NCBI GenBank assembly: GCA_010909165.1
Contig: MU008181.1
Span: forward strand, 744,001 to 808,000
Source: Anthoceros angustus
Lineage: Eukaryota > Plantae > Anthocerotophyta
Length of the DNA: 64,000 bases
Direction: 5' to 3'
The position numbers and the translations under genes were made by a program. The notes beneath the pieces are model-generated. The model saw only the letters and a program-made list of their open reading frames with translations. It had not been told where the DNA came from and did not search any database. Positions 53,840 through 64,000 of the stretch are shown one piece after another (position 1 is the first letter of the stretch; each line of letters opens with the position of its first letter).

Positions 53840-55789
53840 CTACCACCTTCTCAAGTATCTGAAAGAGCTCGAGCGACCCGCCTTCTTTGTGAGGGCGGCG
53901 GTAGGCAGCTCCTCCACACAGCTGTTGTCCGGGGAGACCCGAGCCGGAGATCCAGGCTTCCTCCATCCTACGTCGCTTGTTTCCTTACTTGACTTGCCTC
54001 TGAAGGAGAACTGTCTCCGGGAGAGCGACTTGCTCAAAAAAGGCTTCTCACCGAGTAAAGCTGAACCTTGTGATGACCTTCCACCTGTGATTTCAGCGGA
54101 ATGCGGGACCCTGTAAGAGTACTCTGGACCAGATATGTCGTCTGTCACCACCCCTATCCTAGACAGCTTGTTTCTTGATGAAGATTGGGCCACTGACGCT
54201 GCAACCCGCTGTCCCGCTTTGCCGGTCGGGACAGGCTCCGCAGACATAAGCCCCTTCATGGCTATTTTCTCTGCAGCCGAACACTGTGGGCAAGGAGGAT
54301 CCTGCTGCTTGGATTCAGGAGTAGACTGCTCCAGACATTCAGCATGATAGACATGCCCGCAAACAAGAACACCCACAACTGCAAGCTCTGCACCACCAGC
54401 CATCCTGTACGAGCTCCAAGGAGACCGGTGAGAGAGCAGCCGGGTGCAAATACCACAAGTTTGTACCTCTGAGTGTGGAGAAACTGATGCAGCTTGAGAG
54501 CTTCCTGCCCTTATCCTCTCCAAGGCTGTCAAGCCTGCCTTCTCCAAGTTTTCACGGCTTGTTCCCCACCCAAAGTCTGAAGGACTGCTAGCACTAGACC
54601 ATCGCAACCTCTCCCTACGAGAGGATGCAACCAGCTCAGAGAACGTCTGCATTGACCACCAATCAGAGGAGCCACCATGACTAGAGTCACCGCTCCCCCC
54701 TGACCAGCGGAACGAGTGCCTGCTCTCAGCAGGGACCCCCCTGCTGCCCATTGCGTTGATTGCATGGACTCGACTATCTGACACCTGCCTGGACAACTGG
54801 TGTGCATTCCCTGGGAAAGAGGACTTAGAGAAAAAGGAGTGGCCACCATGACCACTGCGCTGAGAGGAGGAAGGTTGAAATGCTGGCGGGGTTCGTGAAC
54901 TATCTCCTGCATTCGTCTTGTAGGATAACGGTGTTGACTCAGGTGTGTTTGACACTGTTGAAAGGCCAGCTGAAGGACAACCCTGCAATCCCAGCCTTCA
55001 AGCTTCAGTGCAACACACCACATGATACAAACCCCTACGTGCCAAAGACAAGCAATCCGTGCAGTCCCAACGACAACATGTGGACTTGGAAGCAAATGTT
55101 CACCTCTTTGGATGAGGCTATTGTGATAGCTGGACTTGAAATGGAATCTGCATTACCAGACTTTCCGTGTCAGCCATGATGTTTTGTCTCAATGTTGCAA
55201 GCATATCCTGCTCAAAATGATCAGTTCTCTCACTCGCGACACAAATAACATTGCTTCATGGTATCTAGCAGGAGCAGAATTTAGCCTTCAGCATGAACTA
55301 TCATATAATGAGACTGGAAGCTTGCCGGGAACTTTTGTCAAAATGCGTCGGTAAAGAGGGCTAAAACAATAGAGAACATCAAACAATAACATTACCTGAG
55401 GAGGCAGCTACGTAGTCCCCCAGTTGGCCATTTTGTGACGATGCAGCAGGGGTCCATTGAGGAACACGGAAACTGTCAGATGGGCTCGCACTGTGTGAAA
55501 ACAGGCTTCCTGAGAGGTTGCGATGATGGCTCAAATACCGTGCACTGCCAGCCCGACTTGCTGCCCTGCTACCTCGACTGCTTGATGACAGTGAAGATCT
55601 CTGCAACTGCAGACTCTGGGCTGCAGAGGACAACTCATCTGGTTGTGATTTGCTTTCCCAACGTGAAGACAGGGGAGGGGAGAAGCCACCATTGCCTCTC
55701 CAAGTAGAGTCATGTGGTCCTGTAGACCACCCATCATCGTTTATAACGGACCCTTCCGGCCTTGCGGCCACACAGCAAAGAGACCCCGT
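53840..55789 (-). CDS. RING-type zinc-finger protein with a (M)GSLCCVAARP N-terminus; predicted ACG start
   Basis: Exons about 55789-55396, a probable small middle exon near 55150-55105, and 54982-53840. Motifs WSMQTFSELVASSRRE and CGIC...VLVCGHVYHAECLE...DPPCPQC. Confidence 0.82.
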
Positions 55790-55824
55790 TGTGACGACCC
55801 GTGAGTTACAGCTTTGATATAGTA

Positions 55825-55875
55825 TTACACCAGGTAGATACCAACAATCTCCAGAACCAAGACACCACTGTACAT
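55825..55875 (-). promoter_or_regulatory. Upstream ORF (MYSGVLVLEIVGIYLV*) in the leader of the RING gene
   Basis: ATG at 55875 and TAA at 55827-55825. It lies just inside a predicted acceptor (TGTTCTGTCTCAG, ending 55884) and is out of frame with the main ORF. Confidence 0.55.
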
Positions 55876-58800
55876 TCCTCCTCCTGAGACAGAACATGAG
55901 CCAGTCAGCACGGGAGCAACATCAAGTCACTGGTCAATACAGATGTAAAAGAGAAGAGCTCAGACGCAAACAAGACGGTACCTTAGGAGACTGGAGATTC
56001 TGTAACAACTGGAGAGAGCTGCCTTAGCGAACCAGACACTAAAAGGTGACGACAGCTGCGCCGGCAGATATGAAGATAATACGCCTGAACGGCATCCACG
56101 AGAAATTTGTCCACAACAACTGAGTATTCACTGCCGACAGCTGTAGATCAAATACATTCTTGAAAGCCACTGTCAATAAGCCGAATATCCTGGAGTGGCT
56201 CACTTCCGAAGGAAAAGGAGAGTCTCTTTGAAAGACTGTATCAAACAAGACCACCACTCGAATCTCTGTCTGTCTATGTCAATGTCAAAAGCGGCTTCAT
56301 TCCTGTCGCGTTGCAAGTACAAAAATGTGAATGTGTAACATGACCTAACATCCCCCTGGCTGCAGAACGTCGAGACACCGAAACTCCTTATCAACAGCGG
56401 TCCAATTCGAGATGACGCAGGCAGCTCCTAAGTCATTCCACGCATACGGGCCCCCACAGTCCTGATGAGATTCTGGAAGGCATCCAGATGCGGCTCCGCA
56501 AGCAACTACCTTACGTCCAATGGACCAGTACAGATTTACTACAACAGATTTGCTGTCATGTGATTCCAAACCCGAATTGAGGACTCTCAAGCTATACGCA
56601 GTGGCCCGACACCATGGAAGCGCTCACGAAACAGTTCGCAACACTTGCAGGTACTACTACCTTGAGTGTCAGCATACTACCACCGAACAGGCTCTCAAGA
56701 CAAGGACTCCTCGTACACTCCTCGGATGCCACACAAGAACAAAGCTGGAGCCAAACACAGACCGCGCACGACAGCAAGTCCCAGAAAGCAATCGCCGTCG
56801 CGCAACCCTGGCAGACCAAGAAGCCAAATTCCGACAAACCGGCCAACAACAGCATCAACAAGGAAACCCCCTCCGCCACCAAACCGACCAGTGGACTTCC
56901 CCGACCACTCCCCGCTCCCTGCCCCCAACCGCCCCTACCCTCCCCTCCCCGATTGCGCAAGAAAACCTCACTCCACCATTTCCCACCAAGCCGCTCCAGC
57001 CAAGCCACCGAGCAGCGCAGCACAACGCCGCTCCCACACCCGAGGCGCGGATCGCATCAGACCTCAACCAGGCCCAGGCCCAGGCCCACCGGACTCAGCA
57101 CCCGCTCAATTCCAAACCCCCCGCCGCCCGGATTGGTGCACCAGATGCACGGCAGCATCCCGGTCGGCGCCGGGGCAAATCCCACCCTCCTTCCTCCCAG
57201 AAAAGCTCCCAATCCCGCCCCCTGAGCCAGAGGCGGCATCCGGCCGCAAGCAGCGCCGGGAAGACGAGGCGCGACGAGATCAGAACCCTGGGAACGGGAT
57301 TCCCAGCCCGAGCGACATCGCCACCTCCGTCCCCTCCGCCTCGGCTCCCCTTCGCTCCGCGCAGACACCGAGCCGAGCACACACGGCAAGAGGAGGAGGC
57401 AAGGTGAAGCGAGGGTACGAGGTAAAAAAAGTCCGGCTTTCATCCACCCGGATAGATGCAGAATCATTACCTACCTCCAACATGCCGGACCCGGTGCTAA
57501 CAAGCGCACTAAATGCGCCGCCTAATGGCGTCCTCGCCTCATTAACCTTAACCGGGGTCCGACAGGATAGTTGACCGACCACATGGGTCGGCGAGGGCAG
57601 GCGGGCAGAGCGGGCAGAGCGGGCAGGCCGGGCATCCGGGCAGCGCACCGTGCGAGTATCGCCAGCGGCTCCCGGCGGATTCGGCGGCCGTTATTCGACG
57701 CTAACTGGACGTGGAGTCGGGCTATCATGGCGTGTTGTTGGCCCGCGCCGTTTCTCATGGGGCGGCGGTGAATTATCATGACGCGGTAAGAGCAGGACGG
57801 TGAAACGTTTTCCCATTTGCGCTGCCCGAAATGTGACTGTGAAGTGACCCAGTCAGGGCCGGTGGGAAACTCGTGACGACGCTTTTTCTTGCTTAAAAAT
57901 TCCCGCGCGGCTTTGTCAGAAATGTGGGCAAAAAGCGAACCCGGCCGGCCCGTGACCTTCGGCCGAGAAAGCGGCCTTCACACAAGTAGCCTCGATCGGA
58001 TTTCATCTCCACTGCTCCAATCGACTCTCAGACAACAGACAGTACACAAGAGCAGCTGGAGAGAGTAAACAGTGGAAGGCCATCAAGCTGCACACCAACT
58101 ACTAATTCCAGTGTGCTACTCTGTTACAGTGCAGTTAAGTGGTTAGTTGTCCTAGTCTTGGGCAACACTGAGAGAATTGCGACGCTAAGCTTGTTGAGGA
58201 GGCAGCCTTGGTCTGTCTTCACGAGCCTCGTAATCGCCGCTTTATACGTATTGGAGGAACAAGTTGTTGTTGGTGGGTCTGCAGGGAACTTTTAATGGGC
58301 ATTTCTTGTGGGGATTTAAAAAGCCGTATTCGGAAAGGTGATCCCCAGCTTGGGAGAAGGCAGGGCCAGCCATTTGAATGGAGGCATTTGAACGATGTCC
58401 TTTGCGATCTCTTGCTTTTCCTTTCAGCGACACACGAAGATGTTGATCACTAGGTACATAGGTGGGTCGTACGTGAACTCCCGAAATTGGGCAGGCGAAA
58501 TATTCTAGGCAAAGGCCACATTTCCCTGGCCTTGCGTATGATAGAATATTGGAGACTCGGATTGCTGGGGGAAACCATTCAGAAGTTCAGGCACCGTTCT
58601 CATTACGGGACTGAGGGTTCAGGACTGTGAGCAGACAAGCTGTTTGATGAGATGCGATAGATGTGGAGCTGGTTGAAGAGCTTGCTCACCGAGGAGCTGG
58701 TGTTGGTATCGTCCTCAGTCAGAAGGTCGGAGGATGCCCGATGATTGTGCCTTGAGGCCTCTGTGACCTGATAGCTGGTCCGGAAAATTTGAAGGTATGG

Positions 58801-59540
58801 TTGCCCATGAAGACCAGCAGCGTCACCGAAGCTCGAGAGGGCTGGCCGGAATGCGTTTTCATTCGCTCAAACTGTGTAACTGTGACTGTGGATGCCATGG
58901 GCATGGACATGATGCTAGGGCGTCACCCGTGTTGTGCGTAAGCTACTCACATGCACACGGCCTTGCCCAATCCATCCTGAGTGACGCAGGATGGAATCTG
59001 CAAGGCCGTTTGTGGGTGCTGTCTGAACAGGAGATGAAATCGGGAAGCGCTGCCAGATGGCGCATGTGTAAAAGGGCAAACATAGACTAATATTCATTTG
59101 TGAATCGTGAAAAGCTGTACCTACAGGCATTTCAATCTGCTTTCCAGAAGGGCTGACCTTCCTTTCCCACATTTGCCCAGACGTGCGGGAACATGGACTG
59201 GATGTTGCGTGTTGTGGATATCGCGCAGCAATCGGCCTGATCTCGTCGCCTGGCCTCTCTGCGCTGCCGCGTTTTGCTGGCCGCGCACTGGATGTTCTCT
59301 GGCCCGCAGCTGGGCGATGGCGACCGGCAGAAGCCGGTCTCCGCAGATGCGATCTCCATGCGCGTGCATTGGGATCCGCTGAATTGTGGGGGTGTTGGAA
59401 GCGGAAATGGGCAGTTGCAAGAGATTGCTATGGTTGCAAAAATCGTCCAAGTAGTGTCAGATGGTACTTGCAAGTTTTCCCTGGAGTTGACAATGCTGAG
59501 GAGCGTTGGAGTTTGAGTGTTGTGTACTAAGAGGACGGTG

Positions 59541-60752
59541 ATGGAGATGGAGTGGGTGGTAGGAGTAGGGATGCCAGCTGATCCTGTTGTTGTAGAGAAG
59601 GATGATTTTTCTGTGACCCATTGGAGAAGGGATCTGAGGTCAGTGCCATTCGGCACCACTTTAGCTGGAGCAGTGACAGGGGTTATGTTGGGCATCGTTG
59701 TGCTTGCCTGTATGGGCATCTTGCTGTGTCTGTGGAGGAGACGGCACTTGAGGAGGAGGAATTCGATGACCCAGCGGGGACTGCCCTTCTACCATGTCAC
59801 CAAGACGGATAACCCTCGGATTCATGTGTTCACGATGACAGAGCTGGCTAAGGCAACGGGGGAATTCAGCCAGGTTTTGATCTTGGGGAGGGGATCCAGC
59901 GGGGTGGTGTACAAGGGCTTGTTGCCGGATGGTAGAGTAGTTGCAGTGAAGAGGTCTCATTACCAGGAGTCCAGTCTGAGGGACAGATACCGAGGGCAGT
60001 CGCACGGGCAGTACCACTCGGAGCTGGACACGCTGAGCAGAATACACCACTCCTACTTGGTGAAGCTTCTGGGTTATTGCCTGGATCAGTCAGAGCACAT
60101 TCTGGTGTTTGAGTACCTGCCCAACTCCACCCTGTATCATCATATGTTCAGGAGGGGCGTTCTTCTGAGCTGGGAGCAGCGTCTCACCATTGCTCTTCAA
60201 GCTGCTCGGGCTCTGGAGTATCTGCATCTCTATTCTGACCCGCCCATAATCCACTGCGACTTCAAGTCGGCAAACATTCTGTTGGACGAGTCCTGGTCAG
60301 CGAAAGTGAGCGACTTTGGCTTGTCACATGCGTTTCCGAATAGGGATGGCATCACACACATATCAGGCATCGCTGGAGGAACTCCTGGGTATGCGGATCC
60401 CGAGAACCTGGCTCTGAATCAGATATCCAAGGCAAGCGATGTGTACAGCTACGGGGTGGTTCTCTTGGAGATGTTAACTGGGCAGAAGGCTGTGGAGCTT
60501 GACAGGAGCCCTGTCAGCCTGGCAGCCTGGGCGGTCCCGTTGATTCAGAGCAAACTGGGCCTGAGTATTCTGGACCAGAGGCTCCCCATTCCGGAGAACA
60601 ACCGATGTTTGTTAAAAGCAGCTAAGCTTGCTTCCCGATGTGTACGACCCAGTAGGAAGGACCGACCCACTATGGACGTGGTTGCTGGAACCATGCAGAG
60701 GGTGCTGCACATGTTCCTCAACCTAGATTCTACTAGTATGTCCTTCAACTGA
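59541..60752 (+). CDS. Single-pass receptor-like Ser/Thr kinase, non-RD, single exon
   Basis: TM segment VTGVMLGIVVLACMGILLCLW followed by RRR; GRGSSGVVYKG, VAVKR, HCDFKSANILL, DFG, GTPGYADPE, SDVYSYGVVLLE. Confidence 0.9.
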   Translation: MEMEWVVGVGMPADPVVVEKDDFSVTHWRRDLRSVPFGTTLAGAVTGVMLGIVVLACMGILLCLWRRRHLRRRNSMTQRGLPFYHVTKTDNPRIHVFTMTELAKATGEFSQVLILGRGSSGVVYKGLLPDGRVVAVKRSHYQESSLRDRYRGQSHGQYHSELDTLSRIHHSYLVKLLGYCLDQSEHILVFEYLPNSTLYHHMFRRGVLLSWEQRLTIALQAARALEYLHLYSDPPIIHCDFKSANILLDESWSAKVSDFGLSHAFPNRDGITHISGIAGGTPGYADPENLALNQISKASDVYSYGVVLLEMLTGQKAVELDRSPVSLAAWAVPLIQSKLGLSILDQRLPIPENNRCLLKAAKLASRCVRPSRKDRPTMDVVAGTMQRVLHMFLNLDSTSMSFN

Positions 60753-60825
60753 TGGGCCTCTCCGGGCAAACTAAGTAAATCAAAAGCGACCTTGCCCGTG
60801 TCTGTCAGCTGCAACCTTGCCCGTG

Positions 60826-60868
60826 TCTGTAGGGGTCGCCCGCGCAGGTTCGGACCTTGCTGTTGATG
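60826..60868 (+). pseudogene. 3' half of tRNA-Ser (anticodon stem to discriminator), diverged
   Basis: TCTGTAGGGGTCGCCCGCGCAGGTTCGGACCTTGCTGTTGATG versus TCTGTTGGGTTCGCCCGCGCAGGTTCGAACCCTGCTGTTGACG in the intact tRNA (63677-63719). Confidence 0.85.
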
Positions 60869-60924
60869 TGGAGAGTAGCTGCATGTACAGCACTGGTTTT
60901 AGCTGCTCTGCCAGTTTTCTTCAG

Positions 60925-61040
60925 AGCAGCTACGCTTGCTCCCCGATGTGTACGACCTAATAGGAAGGACCGACCCACCATGGACGTGGTTGTGGAAACA
61001 TGCAAAAGGTGCTGCACACGTTTCTCAATCTAGATTCTAC
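60925..61040 (+). repeat. Duplicated 3' end of the kinase CDS
   Basis: Aligns to 60617-60733 (AGCAGCTA.GCTTGCT.CCCGATGTGTACGACC...CTAGATTCTAC). Confidence 0.92.
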
Positions 61041-62900
61041 AATAAAAGTGCGAGTTTTCATTGAGGTGAAAAAACGATGGGAAGAGCTCATCCTGGAGGG
61101 ACAACCAAAGGGGACCCGGGGGTCGAGGTGGAGAGGAGCAACCGAGCTTCCTATCTAAAGTCAACTATTGCACCCACAATGTCATATGCAGGAAGAATAA
61201 ACGGCCTACAAACCACGGAAGTAGAGGAAGATGCGTCACCTACTATTGCCGCCTTGTGGAGGATCGCCATTGAGAGCGCCCGTTGAAGGGCAATTGAAAC
61301 CCGTTGTCGAAAGTAAGCTGTGAAGTATGAGAGGGACAGCCCCGCGCCGTGTCTACGTGCATGGTAAGCTTTGGCACAGGACTTGACAAATTTGTCAAAG
61401 TCCTCAGCCATTGCCCCTTACATTTCTAGTGCAAGCGGAATAAAGAGGTGGCCCGCTTGCATCCTGCTATATTTGTGGACCTTGAGAGCCACTGCTCCGG
61501 CAGCAGCCCAACCTGTACAGTTAGTGATGACCCCCTCTAGGCTATGTAGCCGCTTTTGCGGGAAATGGCGAATATGACATCGCGGATGGCGTCGTGAGTG
61601 GTAATGCGATGACCCGCGTGGGGACAACGAGCAAGGTGTACCCCAGAATCATCGAGGGCAGAGCCGCACTCACAAGTAAGGAGCGAAGAAGCCACAGGCT
61701 GGAGTAGGCCAAGACGGAATCGCATCGCAGTAGTGAAGGTGGTTGGTGCGATCCCTAAACCCCGTGTGCATGGGCGGGCCAGTAACCAAGCACATGCGCC
61801 ATTCCCAGAACAAAAGCGGAGCCTCGCTCTTGTGGACCTGGGGATGGAGGGGTCCTAGAGGACAGCTTGGAAAGCCTGGCCCAGCTGCTTCTCTAGCAGG
61901 GATGCCTGCAACCCCCTGAAACCATCAGTAATAAATGTCGAGAAAGGAGGGAAGTCCTTCCGAGCATCCACTGATAACATGTCCTTATAGCTAGCTAGCT
62001 AGCCTACCTCAAGGACGTTTGGAGAGAGAAGGTTCCCTCCTCCACACCTGATACAACATCCTCCAGAAAGGGTCTGTCATGGAGGATGAAGCGAGAAGCC
62101 AAAGCGGTAGAGGGCCCAAGCGCGAAGCCGCCGGTGAAGAGACCTCCAGGCGAGCGACTGTGCCTCAAATTGCAGGCGGGGATGCTGCCGGAGCGGATCG
62201 CCTACGGGACCGAAAAGCCCACAGGCCTAGGATGTCCCCAAGAGTATCCATAATCTTCCTATCAAACCACCGCAGCAGGGACAAAAGGGTCGAGGACGGA
62301 GGCTCCTACAGAAGCTTTTGGAAAGATGCACATGAAAAGGAGGGTCACCATTAACAGTTTGAACTATTTCACACACATGCATTCCGTCCATACATGATTC
62401 TTCATGGTGATCATGGTCCACTGGGTAGGTGGGGCATGGCGTGATTGGCTCAGCGGCGCAATCCCGGCCTTTATGCCGATGGTAGAGACTATCAATCCAA
62501 GCCGGGGTGGGTACAACGTCCTGCCGAGTCGGTGCCGGCCGGCCAACCCCAACAGAATCATGTCCGAGAAATGTGAAAGTTGGATAAATAGGGATGATTT
62601 CTACCACCCTTTCCGTGTCATTTCATACCCTCTCAAGTTTAACAGGCCACGGCTGGACATGGTGCATAGGGTTTGAGGCCCAGAATGGTGTCATCTTTTG
62701 AAATGACCAAGTCTTTGTACGATTGACCGACCGGAATGGGGAAGTTCATGGGCTCTATTTCGACACTTCCACAGGTGTCTGCCTTTCCTAGTACCATGCA
62801 CACACACTGGCGGGTCCATGAAAGCGATGCGACCCCCGGGTGCACACCTTACTTTTGAGTGGGAAATTCTACATTTTCCGTGAACCACTGTTTCCCAACC
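61041..62900 (-). mobile_element. CRE-like non-LTR retrotransposon remnant (decayed RT, zinc knuckle, partly deleted restriction-like endonuclease, 3' UTR)
   Basis: DDTILG (RT core, about 62700), AWLLARP...MRFRLGL, CECG...HLARC...RITTHDAIRD, KVHKY...FIPLALE, YFRQRVSIALQRA. Confidence 0.78.
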
Positions 62901-62922
62901 CATTGCAAACCCCCTTTGGCGT

Positions 62923-63505
62923 ATGTTGTACAGAAAACCCCCTTCCTGTATATTCACCCCCTTGCAACTTTGTTGTGTTGAGAGCGGTTATTTTCCATAC
63001 AAGGAGCATCTATGTACCTTACGCAATGGGGTGTCGGTAAGGACGGATCTATTTCTGCTCCGAGGGGATCAAATCTTTGTTGCGGATGTCGTCGTAACGG
63101 ACCCTACCCGGAACTGTGAGCATGTCACTATCAACCCTCCGAGCTGGGCGGCGGAGTGATGCGCGACTGCCAATGTACACAAGTACACACCTTTGTAGGA
63201 TGGCCACGCCTTCATCCCTCTCGCCATTAAGACTACCGAGGCTATGGGCAAGGATTTTTCCCAGCTCATTAAGGATTGCACTAAAGCCTACTACAGTCGT
63301 CGGAACGGGCTGGATCTCCCTTTCCTCAGTGGTGGCTTTTTTTTCATAGCGGGTATCCATCTCGGAACACGACATAATCGGGGTGATAGGTAGCTTCGGG
63401 GTTGTCATTCGTGAGGGCTAGCTCCCCTAGCTTTTGGCCCTTTGGTGGGTTGTCCCCCCCGGTTCGGGTAGATGGTTTTCCCAATCTCTTCTTTTTAATA
63501 AAGTC
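62923..63505 (+). mobile_element. Second, diverged CRE-like element, C-terminal endonuclease and 3' UTR
   Basis: RTDLFLLRGDQIFVADVVVTDP (PD..D-type nuclease core) and HKY...FIPLAI.T..MGKDF.QLIK.C.KAYY.RR.G parallel the minus-strand copy. Confidence 0.72.
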
Positions 63506-63638
63506 TTATTGCCCCCAAGTATGAAAGAAGAAGAAGTATAGGTATTAGAGAAGTATATATCCTTGAAAAATGGAGTGGGCAGCGCTTGCCACATTGAATT
63601 AGAATGTATATATTTAAACTTCCACTGCCGTTGTGCAC

Positions 63639-63719
63639 GTCAATATGGCCGAGTGGTTAAGGCGACAGACTTGAAATCTGTTGGGTTCGCCCGCGCAGGT
63701 TCGAACCCTGCTGTTGACG
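63639..63719 (+). tRNA. trnS-UGA: tRNA-Ser (anticodon UGA)
   Basis: Acceptor stem GTCAATA/TGTTGAC, A-box TGGCCGAGTGG, anticodon arm ACAGA-CTTGAAA-TCTGT, long variable arm, B-box GGTTCGAACCC. Confidence 0.97.
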
Positions 63720-64000
63720 CTATCACCCCCTAATCAGACATGTCTATGTTCAGACAAGATGGCCGACACTTTTGTTCGCGGATTCTCTTCAATTTCGTTT
63801 TCGTTTTCCAATTTGAAGAAGGATTATCCTCTTTACGTGAGATAAAGCAGCAAGTATGTTCCCGGTTTGCAACCGATCAACATTACCTGACAGAGCGAGT
63901 GTAGTATCAGATCGAACGGAATTCTCGGATCCTCTTCAAGTTCATTTCAGAAAAAACTCATCAACAACAATACCTGGCACGGCAAGCGTGTCTCCAGATT

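Noticed and set aside
55787-55789. ACG converted to AUG by C-to-U editing
   Set aside because: PPR-DYW editing acts on organellar RNA, and this is an intron-containing nuclear gene.
56500-57800. ORFs of 200-300 aa on both strands
   Set aside because: Low-complexity P/R/S translations without motifs; better explained as the GC-rich leader and promoter of the RING gene.
58300-58700. Possible PPR fragment (ADKLFDEM)
   Set aside because: A single short motif; too little to annotate.

Overview
Gene-dense nuclear DNA from a non-seed land plant. Short GT-AG introns, GC-rich coding exons, a DYW:KP-type PPR gene and a cysteine-free germin point to a hornwort or a fern; this assignment is inference. 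Intact-looking genes: a NANP/HDHD4-like HAD phosphatase, a 1095-aa acidic repeat protein, a BED zinc finger fused to a bacterial-type metallo-beta-lactamase-fold hydrolase, a Moco-sulfurase-like PLP-fold protein, an OZI1/DUF1138 protein, intronless ARPC2, a full ABCB transporter, a TKPR1-like reductase, a plastid YtxH-like membrane protein, a small AT-rich RING-H2, GGPPS, a germin-like protein, a RING protein whose conserved start position is ACG, a non-RD receptor-like kinase, and tRNA-Ser(UGA). Decayed material: three PPR pseudogenes, a partial ABCB duplicate with a micro-inversion, Ty1/copia remnants with an LTR fold-back, three CRE-like (restriction-like endonuclease) non-LTR retrotransposon pieces and many tandem repeats. 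Most novel candidates: the BED-hydrolase fusion, the multivalent P[IV]A repeat protein, the ACG-initiated RING gene with a uORF, and the CRE/tRNA-Ser arrangement. All family assignments come from motif recognition by eye; no searches were run.
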